Assembly: GCA_965205015.1 (NCBI GenBank)
Contig: OZ242029.1
Coordinates: 5,216,001-5,280,000, forward strand
DNA from: Candidatus Poribacteria bacterium
GTDB taxonomy: Bacteria > Poribacteria > WGA-4E > WGA-3G
Length of the DNA: 64,000 nucleotides
Reading direction: 5' to 3'
Shown here: piece after piece, positions 30,701 to 38,937 of the stretch
Layout: every line of letters starts with the position of its first letter
How positions within the stretch are numbered: the first letter of the stretch is position 1
The notes under the pieces: model-generated
What the model was told of the DNA's origin: nothing
Database searches by the model: none
What the model saw: only the letters and a program-made list of their open reading frames with translations
Program-made: the position numbers and the translations under genes

Positions 30701-31922
30701 TCACAAGGAACTTGTTTGGTTTGACGGTATTCACGATTATCAGGATTTTTTACCTGTGAGCCTAAAGAAAGGTGCAAATGTTCTGTTAGTCGCGATTGAC
30801 AACCGCAGCGGTAATGAGTGGAGCGGATTTTTCGGTTTTGAAGAGGGCACGGCGTATACGGTGTTACCTTTTAATAACAGACTTTTTCTTTCTACAGATA
30901 CTACGCGCGTCCACATTGACGATACTTTCATCCTTCATATCAACCCCCAAGATGTCACCGATTTAGCGGGATGGCAATCCGATATTGTCTTCGATCCAAC
31001 TGTGCTTGAAGTGATTTCGGTGAACGAAGGTGATTTCCTAAAGCAAGAAGGTGAAACAACCTTCTTCCAGAAAGGAACTATTGACAATGAAGTTGGTAAA
31101 ATCAGAGGTATTAGTTCAATAAGGCTCAATGGAGAGGGAGTCAGTGGCACAGGGACGCTGCTTTCGGTGGCCTTCTCAGCCAAGGCGATTGGTGAAAGTC
31201 GGTTGACGCTAAATAACTTCCAGTTCGGTTCCAGTACCGGAGAGATTATCCCTATTCAACTGTTGGAAATTGCTATCAATGTAAAGGGGCAACGCGCAGT
31301 TGGTGATGTGAATCAAGATGGACAGGTAAGTATCTTGGATATGATCTTAATTGCCCAACAGTTAGGAAAAAAGGTGCCTCCCCATTCTGCAGTTGATGTG
31401 AATGGTGATGGAACCATCAGTATCTTGGACCTCATCCTCGTAGCGCAGCATCTCGGTGAGTCAACTGCCGCAGCTGTGCCTTCCATGTTTGCTATGGAGG
31501 ACATAGAAGGATTGAATCCCATGATGATCCAGGCATGGATAGAACAAGCACAAATTGAAAATGACGGTTCCATTGTCTTCCAACAAGGCATTGCTTACCT
31601 TCAAAGTCTTTTAGCCTCGCTAATTCCAGAAGAGACAGCACTGCTGCCGAACTATCCCAACCCGTTCAACCCAGAGACATGGATACCCTATCAACTCTCT
31701 GAACCTGCGGAGGTCACGTTGCGTATTTATACTGTAAATGGTATCTTAGTTCGGACGTTGGCGTTGGGACATACACCTGTCGGTATCTATCAGAGCCGCA
31801 GCCGTGCGGCGTATTGGGATGGCAAAAATGATGTCGGTGAACCTGTGGCGAGCGGTCTCTATTTCTACACCCTCACCGCAGGCGATTTCACCGCAACGCG
31901 GAAACTGCTAATCCGGAAATAG
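27777..31922 (+). CDS. Secreted multidomain protein: planctomycete-type cytochrome c, second CxxCH domain, internalin-like LRRs, PA14-like, cohesin, dockerin, FlgD/T9SS-like C-terminal domain
   Basis: Signal peptide; CLNCH...RMP and CIGCH; N.ISDISPLAGL repeats; GSDDAVKIWLN; DLAGWQSDIVFDPTVLEV; DVNQDGQVSILD and DVNGDGTISILD; NYPNPFNPETWIPYQL. Confidence 0.85.
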   Translation: MKDWKIFIIFTCLLIPIFGSYQSADAQENLAQQVYAIFERNCLNCHGEHGAFTEEIIIEHTALIETGAVVPGRPIESELYKRLRTNDPAKRMPLGQPKLPTAAILTIGNWIQAGAPDWQTPERDTAFITPTEMLETIETHITSLAPFDRTFARYFTMTHLYNAGESGEALHAYQRALSKLVNSLSWGREVIRPQPIDPEETIFYIDLRDYEWEIGTNRWTQIEQVYLYSIEFDAPTQTTLREKLTNLREAMNCEVPFVHVDWFIATASLPPLYHDILDLPQTDRELEARLEVNVVENIRNAPGKRVWRAGFNDSGVSANNRVVERHRSRYGAYWKSYDFAGSVGTQHIFTHPLSFEHDGGEIIFNLPNGLQAYYLVDAGGNRLNAAPINIVSNPAASDPTVRNGLSCIGCHTEGMKVFEDEVRGVVEQNPNPPYDKARALRLYTEQGTMKALVAEDTQRYRQALEAAGDIFGGIEPIQRFHEAFQGPVDATHAAAAVGLETEDFLEKVRENVSLKNLGLAVLTGASGSVKRDTWTSNFGEIVTMLNSPDNNVVKPVVPRTERIPGASVHIPDPNLRDAIAEALGKAPRSPITVAEMATLERLYASEMGIRDLTGLEFATSLRVLLINHNLMPDLSPLAGLTQLRQLRMAENKISDISPLTELKNLGALEIYENEISDISPLAGLTNLHWLSMYKNPVSDISPLASLKGLRGIRVSVKEGGNLSPLAELINLENIYYWGSGDPVPDLSPLTNLPKLIKIDIRGGGKVDVSPLAGLTAVKELWLHECGISDLSFLEKLTGLEQLHLTRNNISDVSPLATLTHLKSIDLRENQISDFSPLSGLAETAAISRVFNPGSPKGGPKIEGPWLWVTVPGERLTDSPDLLAEASGGIVTEDRLATFGASEGIFVGNNVWTQHRIPPDGRNNINQMLESSGIEPNENNRVVYGSIMLNSPRKQDTNMFVGSDDAVKIWLNSDLVHKELVWFDGIHDYQDFLPVSLKKGANVLLVAIDNRSGNEWSGFFGFEEGTAYTVLPFNNRLFLSTDTTRVHIDDTFILHINPQDVTDLAGWQSDIVFDPTVLEVISVNEGDFLKQEGETTFFQKGTIDNEVGKIRGISSIRLNGEGVSGTGTLLSVAFSAKAIGESRLTLNNFQFGSSTGEIIPIQLLEIAINVKGQRAVGDVNQDGQVSILDMILIAQQLGKKVPPHSAVDVNGDGTISILDLILVAQHLGESTAAAVPSMFAMEDIEGLNPMMIQAWIEQAQIENDGSIVFQQGIAYLQSLLASLIPEETALLPNYPNPFNPETWIPYQLSEPAEVTLRIYTVNGILVRTLALGHTPVGIYQSRSRAAYWDGKNDVGEPVASGLYFYTLTAGDFTATRKLLIRK
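29600..30300 (+). repeat. Coding LRR tandem repeats (22 aa / 66 bp)
   Basis: gacatctcaccactggca occurs at about 29805 and 29871, 66 bp apart; about 10 LRR units in the translation. Confidence 0.85.
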
Positions 31923-32016
31923 TATCAAATGGTGTGCTCTATCAAGTAATGTTAGAATATCGGTTTGATTCCGATTCGGTGAGACACACACCGTCCCATA
32001 ACCGCCCCTAAGGCCC

Positions 32017-32225
32017 GTAGGTTGGGTTGAACGGTATTGGCATCAAACGCCAGTGTGCCAAAATACATCGAATCTGACCCACTCACATCTACCTCTACAA
32101 CCGTAGTGAAACCCAACATCTTTCTACAAACGTGTCAGTATGACGTTGGGTTTCGCTATCTCGTTGATTGCTATGCGGGTGTAGGGTCCAGATGTGTAAG
32201 CCTATCTTGAAGATTCTTGCGTTTC
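32017..32225. repeat. Long imperfect inverted repeat / MITE-like element with GTAGGTTGGG..AAACCCAAC ends
   Basis: gtaggttgggttgaacg...gtgaaacccaac followed by gttgggtttcgc; cacatctacctctacaaccg pairs with cgggtgtagggtccagatgtg. Confidence 0.65.
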
Positions 32226-32270
32226 AAGACAGTTTGTGTTATCATATAAAATAGGGCAACTCACTCTCAA

Positions 32271-32747
32271 GCAGAGAAGCACCGAATTTACATTGACGCG
32301 ACAATTCCGAGTTATCTGGTTTCTAAACCAAGTTCCATTCCACGGACAGCAGAATGGTAAAAGATTACTCACGAGTTTTGGTATGATGAGCGTTTTGAAT
32401 TTATATTGTCAGACCTTGTTATTGCTGAAATATCAATTGGTAATAGAAGTCAAGCAGCAGATAGATTGAAAATCATTGAAGGTTTGACTGTTGTGGATGC
32501 TTTAAATTTAGAACGATCACTTGCCCGAAAACTCGTTGCTGAAAAAGCGATTCCAGAAATAGCACTTCCTGATGCTGTCCATGTAGCGGTTGCGGCAATC
32601 CATGGTATTCCCTATTTGGCGACATGGAACTTTGCACATCTTGCGAACCCGCGTACTAAACCAAAGATTGAAGAGGTTTGCAGCGAGGCTGGATATTCGC
32701 CGCCTCGCATTCAATCCCCGAAAGCGATCTTGGAGGAATTCTCATGA
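32271..32747 (+). pseudogene. PIN-domain toxin pseudogene
   Basis: One frame reads RIYIDATIPSYL...TAEW*KITHEFW...DAVHVAVA...LATWNFAHLAN. There is an in-frame TAA at 32358-32360 and no in-frame start after the TAA at 32247. Confidence 0.85.
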
Positions 32748-32947
32748 ATGACAAAATTTTGGAAGAATGTCGACAGGCGAAAGAACGGATTGCAGTGCTA
32801 TTCGGGGACGTGGATGCCCTTATGGATTTTATAATGAAACGTCGGGAACAACGAATAAAACAGGGCGTGAAATACGCAGACTTCTCACCCTATCGCAAAA
32901 AGAAGCAGGGAAAATCCGATTCCTCAACTTGTCCAGATACCGAATAA
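32744..32947 (+). CDS. Putative antitoxin, copy 1
   Basis: GGAGG RBS and ATGA overlap with the PIN stop; MNDKILEECRQAKERI... Confidence 0.7.
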   Translation: MNDKILEECRQAKERIAVLFGDVDALMDFIMKRREQRIKQGVKYADFSPYRKKKQGKSDSSTCPDTE

Positions 32948-33038
32948 ATATAAGTAGCATGAAGTTAACCATTTGTCACAATGCGGGTTGTTCGCCGCCC
33001 CGTATTGATACACCAGAGGCAATAATGGAGGAACTCTC

Positions 33039-33224
33039 ATGAATGATGAAATTTTGAAAGGATGCCTTGATGCCAAAGCACGTCTTGTCGCACTTTTTGG
33101 AGACTTAGAGACCTATATGGAATTTATGACGAAAAAACAGGAAAAGGAGATGAAGGAAGGCAAAAAGAAATACATAGACTTACCAATCGTCCGGATAAAG
33201 AAATCCGAAAAGTCTGATGCCTAA
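33039..33224 (+). CDS. Putative antitoxin, copy 2
   Basis: MNDEILKGCLDAKARL..., a paralog of 32744, preceded by a duplicated PIN 3' tail. Confidence 0.65.
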   Translation: MNDEILKGCLDAKARLVALFGDLETYMEFMTKKQEKEMKEGKKKYIDLPIVRIKKSEKSDA

Positions 33225-33242
33225 GTTTCAAGTTGACACGTA

Positions 33243-36200
33243 CTACCTCCTATCCCCTGGACTCCATTTCATCACATAGTTGGACGGAATCTCTCGGATG
33301 AACATGGACGACGCACGATCCCTGTCCCCAAAACGGTAGGTGACAGAACTCAGATAAAGTTGTGCTTGTGCCCGGGTCATACCGACATAGAAAAGACGGC
33401 GTTCTTCCTCAAGGTCTGCTTCCGTGATGTCCTGCCGCCACATCGGAAAACTCCCCTCCTCCATACCGATAATGATAACGACCGGAAATTCTGTCCCTTT
33501 CGCGGCATGCAAGGTCATTAACGTCAACTGCTCCGTCTTATCGTCAAGTTCATCAATATTGGTGAGGAGTTTCTGGTAATCCAGGAAGTCGATAAGCCTG
33601 TGTTCATCGCTAATCAGTTCGAAGTGAAGAACTGCGTTCATGAACTGAATTCGGCGTTGTCGCCAGTCAGCATCTTCTGGGAACTCACGGACGGTACCAT
33701 GCTGTAACGTTTCTATGTATTCTCTCGCTTGCGCCGCTTCTGTTGGGTCAAGGGGTAGATTCTCCAGAGATACGATGTTGTGTGTCTGGACGAAGCGTTT
33801 CGCAACATTTAAAAACGTATCCGTCTCCGTTAAGGCTTCCTCTGGACGGGTGCCTGCCTCGGTTTTCGCAAGGATACCGAGTCCAACGAAGGGTAGCAAT
33901 TCCGTGAGGGATTTCGCCTCGCGTTTGTGAGCGTCAATTCTGATAAGTTCTTTAAATATCTCTCGATTGACTCTGACATCCTCCAAGGCGCTGTGCAAAC
34001 GCCCGTGCTCAATCTCAAATTTTTCAGCAAGCGCACTCATGCTACACCGTTGTCGTGGGAAAAGCCTGCGCGCTGTCGCGAGTGTATCGTAATGGGGTGC
34101 CGATAAACCCATTTTCAAATATCTTCTAAGGTCTCGCGCAAGGATGGGGTTGTCATATTCCGCTACATTGTGTCCAATCAGGATCCGGTCCTGGATAAAT
34201 CCAAGGAATTCAGGCAACACCATTTCGATGCCCGGTGAGGTCTTGACTGTTTCTGTATCAATGCCATGGACGCGTGTCGCTGACTGCGGGATGTGTCCTC
34301 CTGGCGGTCTGACTAAACGATAATACCGCTCAACTTCATCTCCGATTGCGCTGAGACGGTGCGCCGCGATCTCAACGATTTCTGCCGTTTTCGGATTGAG
34401 CCCTGTCGTCTCCAAATCGTAAACGACCATATCCGCCATGTTTGGCGTTTCAAAACGATTCACCAGACGTTGGCAGAGTTTGAGTGCCGTTATGCTGTGA
34501 ATCCCTTCCGTTTTCAGGTGAAGCACGTCCGTATTCACTGTGTCCGCTGTGCCGATGAGGAGTGTCCGTGCGTCCCGCGCACTGTCTCCGATGTCCTCGA
34601 AATTGCCGATGAGCAGATGGACCCCGTTTTCGTTCGATTTCGGTCTGTTTCCCTCAGGTGGCAACAATTGGAGTTGCGGGGTGTGATTGAGGTAGGTTTC
34701 AAGCGTCTGGTAGATAATGTGTGCTGCGCAATACTCGTCAATCCCGTGGCTGGCGGTAATCTGGACCGGTTCACCGAGCGTTAGCGCGCTGTAGAAAACA
34801 TCTTGGGCGGTTACCAGATTCGGCATCTCAGGTTGTTTTTCGATAACTTCCAGCTCTTCCGCGCGATAGGGGGTGCGAGAGCGTTCCAAAGTATCAAAAA
34901 GTTTCGGGATAATTTTATCCACCTGCTCGTCTTTAATGTCAATGGATAACCTCTCCAGTTGGGTCCAGAACTGACGAACATTTCGGCGCGTTAGGGGACC
35001 GACATCCTGTGGATACGCTTCGATATTTTTCAAAAGCTCGACAAAAGCGACATCTTTACGGTGTGCGAGCCACTTCAAGCGCACCCATGTGAGGTCGTCG
35101 ATACAGGTTTCAGGAAAGTTGATGGCGCTTTCCAGGTCTTGAGGGAGTTGCCACTGGATGAAACGGAGATACGCCAGGATACCTTTGCTATTCCCTTCGG
35201 CAAAGGAGTGAATCGGTTGAATCCGCTGGAATGGGATAGGTTTCCGTAGCAACTGTTCTTCCAGAACGTCGGCGAGCCTGTGCGTCCGGTAAAAGATGGC
35301 AATATCGCGGTAGGAATAGTTGCGTTGCGTTACCAAGTTCTGGATAACACTGATGATGTTGCGTGCTTCGGATACCGGTGTGTCAAAGGTATAGTGAAAG
35401 ATGTCGCGTCCCGCGTCTTTATGGGTTCTGAGGGTGTGCTGTTTCTGTCGTTCCGTGTTCCGGGAGATGACCTCCTCCGCAGCGCGTAAAATCTTCTCGC
35501 TACACCGATAATGGTCGTCCAAAGCAAATTCTATCGGCGTGTAATCGGTTCTGAAGTCATCAATATACGCTGGATTCGAGCCGCGCCAACTATAGATCGC
35601 TTGATCTTCATCAGCAACGACCATGAGGTTGTGTTCGGGCGGCGCGCAGAGCAGTTGGAGGAGGCGATACTGCACACTGTTCACATCGTGGAATTCGTCT
35701 ACGAGGATATGGGTGATTGTTTGGTGATAGTCTTGTTGGACGTCTTCCACCTGTTCAAACAATTCGACGGTTTTCACAAGGAGATCGTCGAAATCGAGCG
35801 CATCGTATTCCGTGAGTTTGTCTTGGTAGCTACGCAGGACACTTCGGAGGTTCTCGACGGTTTCTGGATCGTGAATGTTCGAGGTATCTACTGCGTCAAC
35901 GGGATTCTGTGATTTACATTTCGCATCGCTGATAATGTTCCGCAGCAACCACGGCGGATAGTCATCGGTGTTGAGGTTCAACGCACGGACGCTTTCTGTT
36001 AATATCTCATCTTGGAGTTCCTGATCGAAGATGGTGAAGTTTTCGCTTAATCCGATCCGCAGGGCGTGCTTTCGGAGCACTTTAACACAAAATGCATGGA
36101 AGGTGCTGACCTTAATGTTGGAACCGTGCGGTTCGCCGATCTCGGTGTTGACGCGTTCCTGCATCTCTTGCGCGGCTTTGTTGGTAAAAGTGATCGCAAG

Positions 36201-36362
36201 GATGTTCTCCGCCTTGATGCCGTGTTCGCGAATCAGATATGCGATACGGTGTGTGATGACTCGTGTTTTCCCCGTGCCGGGACCTGCGATAACAAGGAGT
36301 GGACCCTTTTCGTGTGTTACGGCTGCTCTCTGTTTTTCATTTAATTCATGGAGAATGTTCAT
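33243..36362 (-). CDS. UvrD/PcrA-family helicase with inserted DEDDh (DnaQ-like) exonuclease domain
   Basis: AGPGTGKT, TFTNKAA, VDEFHD, TLHAAKGTEF, EEERRLFYVGMTRA; internal VYDLETTG...GHNVAEYD...HSALED. Confidence 0.92.
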   Translation of the reverse strand: MNILHELNEKQRAAVTHEKGPLLVIAGPGTGKTRVITHRIAYLIREHGIKAENILAITFTNKAAQEMQERVNTEIGEPHGSNIKVSTFHAFCVKVLRKHALRIGLSENFTIFDQELQDEILTESVRALNLNTDDYPPWLLRNIISDAKCKSQNPVDAVDTSNIHDPETVENLRSVLRSYQDKLTEYDALDFDDLLVKTVELFEQVEDVQQDYHQTITHILVDEFHDVNSVQYRLLQLLCAPPEHNLMVVADEDQAIYSWRGSNPAYIDDFRTDYTPIEFALDDHYRCSEKILRAAEEVISRNTERQKQHTLRTHKDAGRDIFHYTFDTPVSEARNIISVIQNLVTQRNYSYRDIAIFYRTHRLADVLEEQLLRKPIPFQRIQPIHSFAEGNSKGILAYLRFIQWQLPQDLESAINFPETCIDDLTWVRLKWLAHRKDVAFVELLKNIEAYPQDVGPLTRRNVRQFWTQLERLSIDIKDEQVDKIIPKLFDTLERSRTPYRAEELEVIEKQPEMPNLVTAQDVFYSALTLGEPVQITASHGIDEYCAAHIIYQTLETYLNHTPQLQLLPPEGNRPKSNENGVHLLIGNFEDIGDSARDARTLLIGTADTVNTDVLHLKTEGIHSITALKLCQRLVNRFETPNMADMVVYDLETTGLNPKTAEIVEIAAHRLSAIGDEVERYYRLVRPPGGHIPQSATRVHGIDTETVKTSPGIEMVLPEFLGFIQDRILIGHNVAEYDNPILARDLRRYLKMGLSAPHYDTLATARRLFPRQRCSMSALAEKFEIEHGRLHSALEDVRVNREIFKELIRIDAHKREAKSLTELLPFVGLGILAKTEAGTRPEEALTETDTFLNVAKRFVQTHNIVSLENLPLDPTEAAQAREYIETLQHGTVREFPEDADWRQRRIQFMNAVLHFELISDEHRLIDFLDYQKLLTNIDELDDKTEQLTLMTLHAAKGTEFPVVIIIGMEEGSFPMWRQDITEADLEEERRLFYVGMTRAQAQLYLSSVTYRFGDRDRASSMFIREIPSNYVMKWSPGDRR

Positions 36363-36470
36363 CGGGTTTCCCTCCGTACATTCTGTCCGAAATTTGTGTG
36401 TTTTTTACAGGCGGTGTGATATAATATTTATAGTGAATCAGTAGTTACCACTGTGGATAAACCTATGATT

Positions 36471-36499
36471 ATTATACCTGATTTAACGCTGAAAAGCAA
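36471..36499 (-). promoter_or_regulatory. Sigma70-type promoter for the helicase gene
   Basis: Minus strand TTGCTT-17 bp-TATAAT. Confidence 0.6.
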
Positions 36500-36654
36500 G
36501 GTATTTTCAGCGCGGATTCGTAGTCTCGCTGGATGGTAAGACCCTCATACATGGAGGATTTGACCACAAAATCCGGTTTTGGGACATTCATACGAATTGT
36601 CTTCTCTCTGATGTCGTCTGAGACTATATATTGTTAAAAAATACGTGAACACTT

Positions 36655-36679
36655 GTAGGGGCAGGTCTTGTACCTGCCC
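36655..36679. repeat. GTAG-type REP-like palindrome
   Basis: GTAG followed by the GGGCAGGT-CTTGT-ACCTGCCC hairpin. Confidence 0.7.
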
Positions 36680-36882
36680 AAAACGCTTAATTAATTCTAT
36701 GTAACAGCACACAACCTCTGTCGTTAATATTTTGCGTATAACGGTCAAAGGAGTGCCTAATATTTTAACGCGACTTACGCAGTAAGCACGCCTATTGAGA
36801 AGGGGCTCAGACAAATTGTGTGGGTCCTAACTTTGAGATATAATAACACACAACGTGTGTCTACTGCTTTGAAAGGAATAGA

Positions 36883-37917
36883 ATGGAATATTTGAACGTA
36901 TTGAAAAACGTAACCTTTTTAGGGATCGTAATTCTTTTAATTTCTACCTGCGGCTGTGAGAAGGTTCAGAAGATGACACCTCCCGATCAGTCAGAGACGA
37001 TGGATTCTGCGTCGATTCAGGTGAGCGTTGTGTATCCTGGCGAGTGCCTTGGGGATTCCTCCTACTGTGATGTGCTTTATAACGGTGCCCAGAAAGCAAA
37101 AACGGAACTCGGGGTCGCTATAACCGAAATGGAAAGCAACGCAGAGACGTGGGACATGCGTTTACAGGAAGCCGCTCAGACCTCGGGCTTGGTTATCACT
37201 TCGGGTTACCAGATGGCGGATCCGGTCTCACGCGTGGCACCGGAGTTCCCAGACGTGATATTTGTCATTTTTGATACCGCGGTGGAGCTTCCGAATGTAG
37301 TATCTTTCACGCACAGAGTGAACGAAGGCACGTTTCTACTGGGAGCGATCGCTGGGTTAAAAACGGAAACTGGGAAAGTCGGCTACCTCGGTGGGGCGGA
37401 TGTCCCGCTGATACACGAATTTGAAGCTGGCTACGTTGCGGGTGTCAAAGCCGTGAATCCAGACGCAGAGATCATCAAAGGTTACGTTGCCGATGATGAA
37501 CGAGGATTTTACCAACCAGAGGTCGGAGGAACAATCGCTTTAACCCAATATGGGCTCGGTGTTGATGTCATCTACACAATGGCAGACCAGTCGGGGTTCG
37601 GCGCGATTGAAGCCGCGAAACTCGCAGAAGGCAGATATGTGATATGGAATTACATTGATATTACGGATGTCGCACCTGGCGTCGTCCTAACGGGACTGCG
37701 CGTCGGAATCGACGACTCTGTCTATAGCGTTATCCAAGCGTTCGCCGCTGGCGACTTAATGCCGGGCGTTCACTCGCTCGGTCTCGCTGAGGACAAGGTC
37801 GGTTATATGCTGGGTGAAGGCAACAGCGATCTGCTTTCTGAAGAACTCCTCGAAAAAGTTGAGGCACTGAAAGCAGGCATCATCGCTGGTGAGATTATGG
37901 TGCCGACGATGCCGTAA
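36883..37917 (+). CDS. BMP family ABC transporter substrate-binding lipoprotein
   Basis: Lipobox-like TCGC; LGDSSY, FPDVIFVIFD, EGTFLLGAIAG, FEAGYVAG, SGFGAIEAA. Confidence 0.88.
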   Translation: MEYLNVLKNVTFLGIVILLISTCGCEKVQKMTPPDQSETMDSASIQVSVVYPGECLGDSSYCDVLYNGAQKAKTELGVAITEMESNAETWDMRLQEAAQTSGLVITSGYQMADPVSRVAPEFPDVIFVIFDTAVELPNVVSFTHRVNEGTFLLGAIAGLKTETGKVGYLGGADVPLIHEFEAGYVAGVKAVNPDAEIIKGYVADDERGFYQPEVGGTIALTQYGLGVDVIYTMADQSGFGAIEAAKLAEGRYVIWNYIDITDVAPGVVLTGLRVGIDDSVYSVIQAFAAGDLMPGVHSLGLAEDKVGYMLGEGNSDLLSEELLEKVEALKAGIIAGEIMVPTMP

Positions 37918-37962
37918 CCCTGGACTGCGTTTTATTTTTGGTTGTAAAAATATTTCAACGAT

Positions 37963-38028
37963 GGGCGGATTGAACTCCGCCCTATACAACGTAACTGTGA
38001 TCGTTAGCGAGGTTTCCACACCTCGCTA
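37963..38028. terminator. Two hairpins between convergent genes (possible bidirectional terminator or REP copies)
   Basis: gggcgga-ttgaac-tccgccc, and tagcgagg-tttccaca-cctcgcta followed by ttttatttt. Confidence 0.5.
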
Positions 38029-38035
38029 TTTTATT

Positions 38036-38836
38036 TTACGGCTTGGTATCGGTATTGACGGGCGGTTCGTCGTTGTTCAAGAACCGTTCAATCGTGTTTA
38101 TCGTTGCTGGGCTTGTGCGGAAATCGGCAACCCACGGTTCACGGAAATATGCCTGCTTGTCACGCGGGAGCGCGGAGATTACTTCGGGAGGCGTCTTCAA
38201 CCGATGCCAGTGCGTCGCGAGGTGTGCGTAGGCGTTTAGCACTGCGACGCGCGGCGCGTCTCTTTGCCACACGGGACCCGCATGACATAGGTTCTCGGTA
38301 AAGAAGATCGCACTGCCTGCTGGACAGTCATACGACATCAGGAACGGACTCCGTTTCCCTGCCTCTAATGACATGTGATCTGCATGCATCGGGAAGTTAG
38401 ACTTATGGCTGCCCGCGATGAAGTGTGTCGCCCCGTCCTTTTTGGTGACATCTGTGAGTTCAAAGACGACGCGCACCATGCCTGCGTGAATCCGTCCATT
38501 ATTGAAGCGGTACCCGAAAATAGGATCCCCTTGTTGCGGTCCACCCCCGTGGAGCCCACCGTGTTCCTGTCCTTTTTCACGCCAGACGGAGGAACAGTTC
38601 TCTAATCGAACGTCAGGTCCGATGATTTCGTGCAAGACATCGAGCACCTTCGGGTGATCGATGAGGACACTCGCCGGACCGCCCGGCACGGCGCGCTGTT
38701 CTGGTGGTAAAGACTCTGGATTGTGATGTATCCGTTCAATCTGCTCAACGATTGCATCGACTTCGTCGCGTTCAAGGATCGCGGGACGGACGAGAAATCC
38801 GCTCAAGTCGAATCGAAATTTTTCTTCGTCAGTCAT
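38036..38836 (-). CDS. PhyH-family Fe(II)/2OG enzyme, HxG variant
   Basis: FDLSGFL, LHGGG in place of HxD, IAGSHK, ENLCHAG, RVAVL. Confidence 0.85.
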   Translation of the reverse strand: MTDEEKFRFDLSGFLVRPAILERDEVDAIVEQIERIHHNPESLPPEQRAVPGGPASVLIDHPKVLDVLHEIIGPDVRLENCSSVWREKGQEHGGLHGGGPQQGDPIFGYRFNNGRIHAGMVRVVFELTDVTKKDGATHFIAGSHKSNFPMHADHMSLEAGKRSPFLMSYDCPAGSAIFFTENLCHAGPVWQRDAPRVAVLNAYAHLATHWHRLKTPPEVISALPRDKQAYFREPWVADFRTSPATINTIERFLNNDEPPVNTDTKP

Positions 38837-38937
38837 TGGTTTGTATTTCCCTCCTTAATTCTTTTGGAGTAAGGGATTATATCGTATTTCCATTTCACTA
38901 CAAACATCTTTGGAAGTCACAGAATTTTAGAATCTCT

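Noticed and set aside
36363-36882. Possible replication origin (AT-rich gap with a DnaA box)
   Set aside because: Only one perfect box, no cluster, and no dnaA/dnaN/gidA context.
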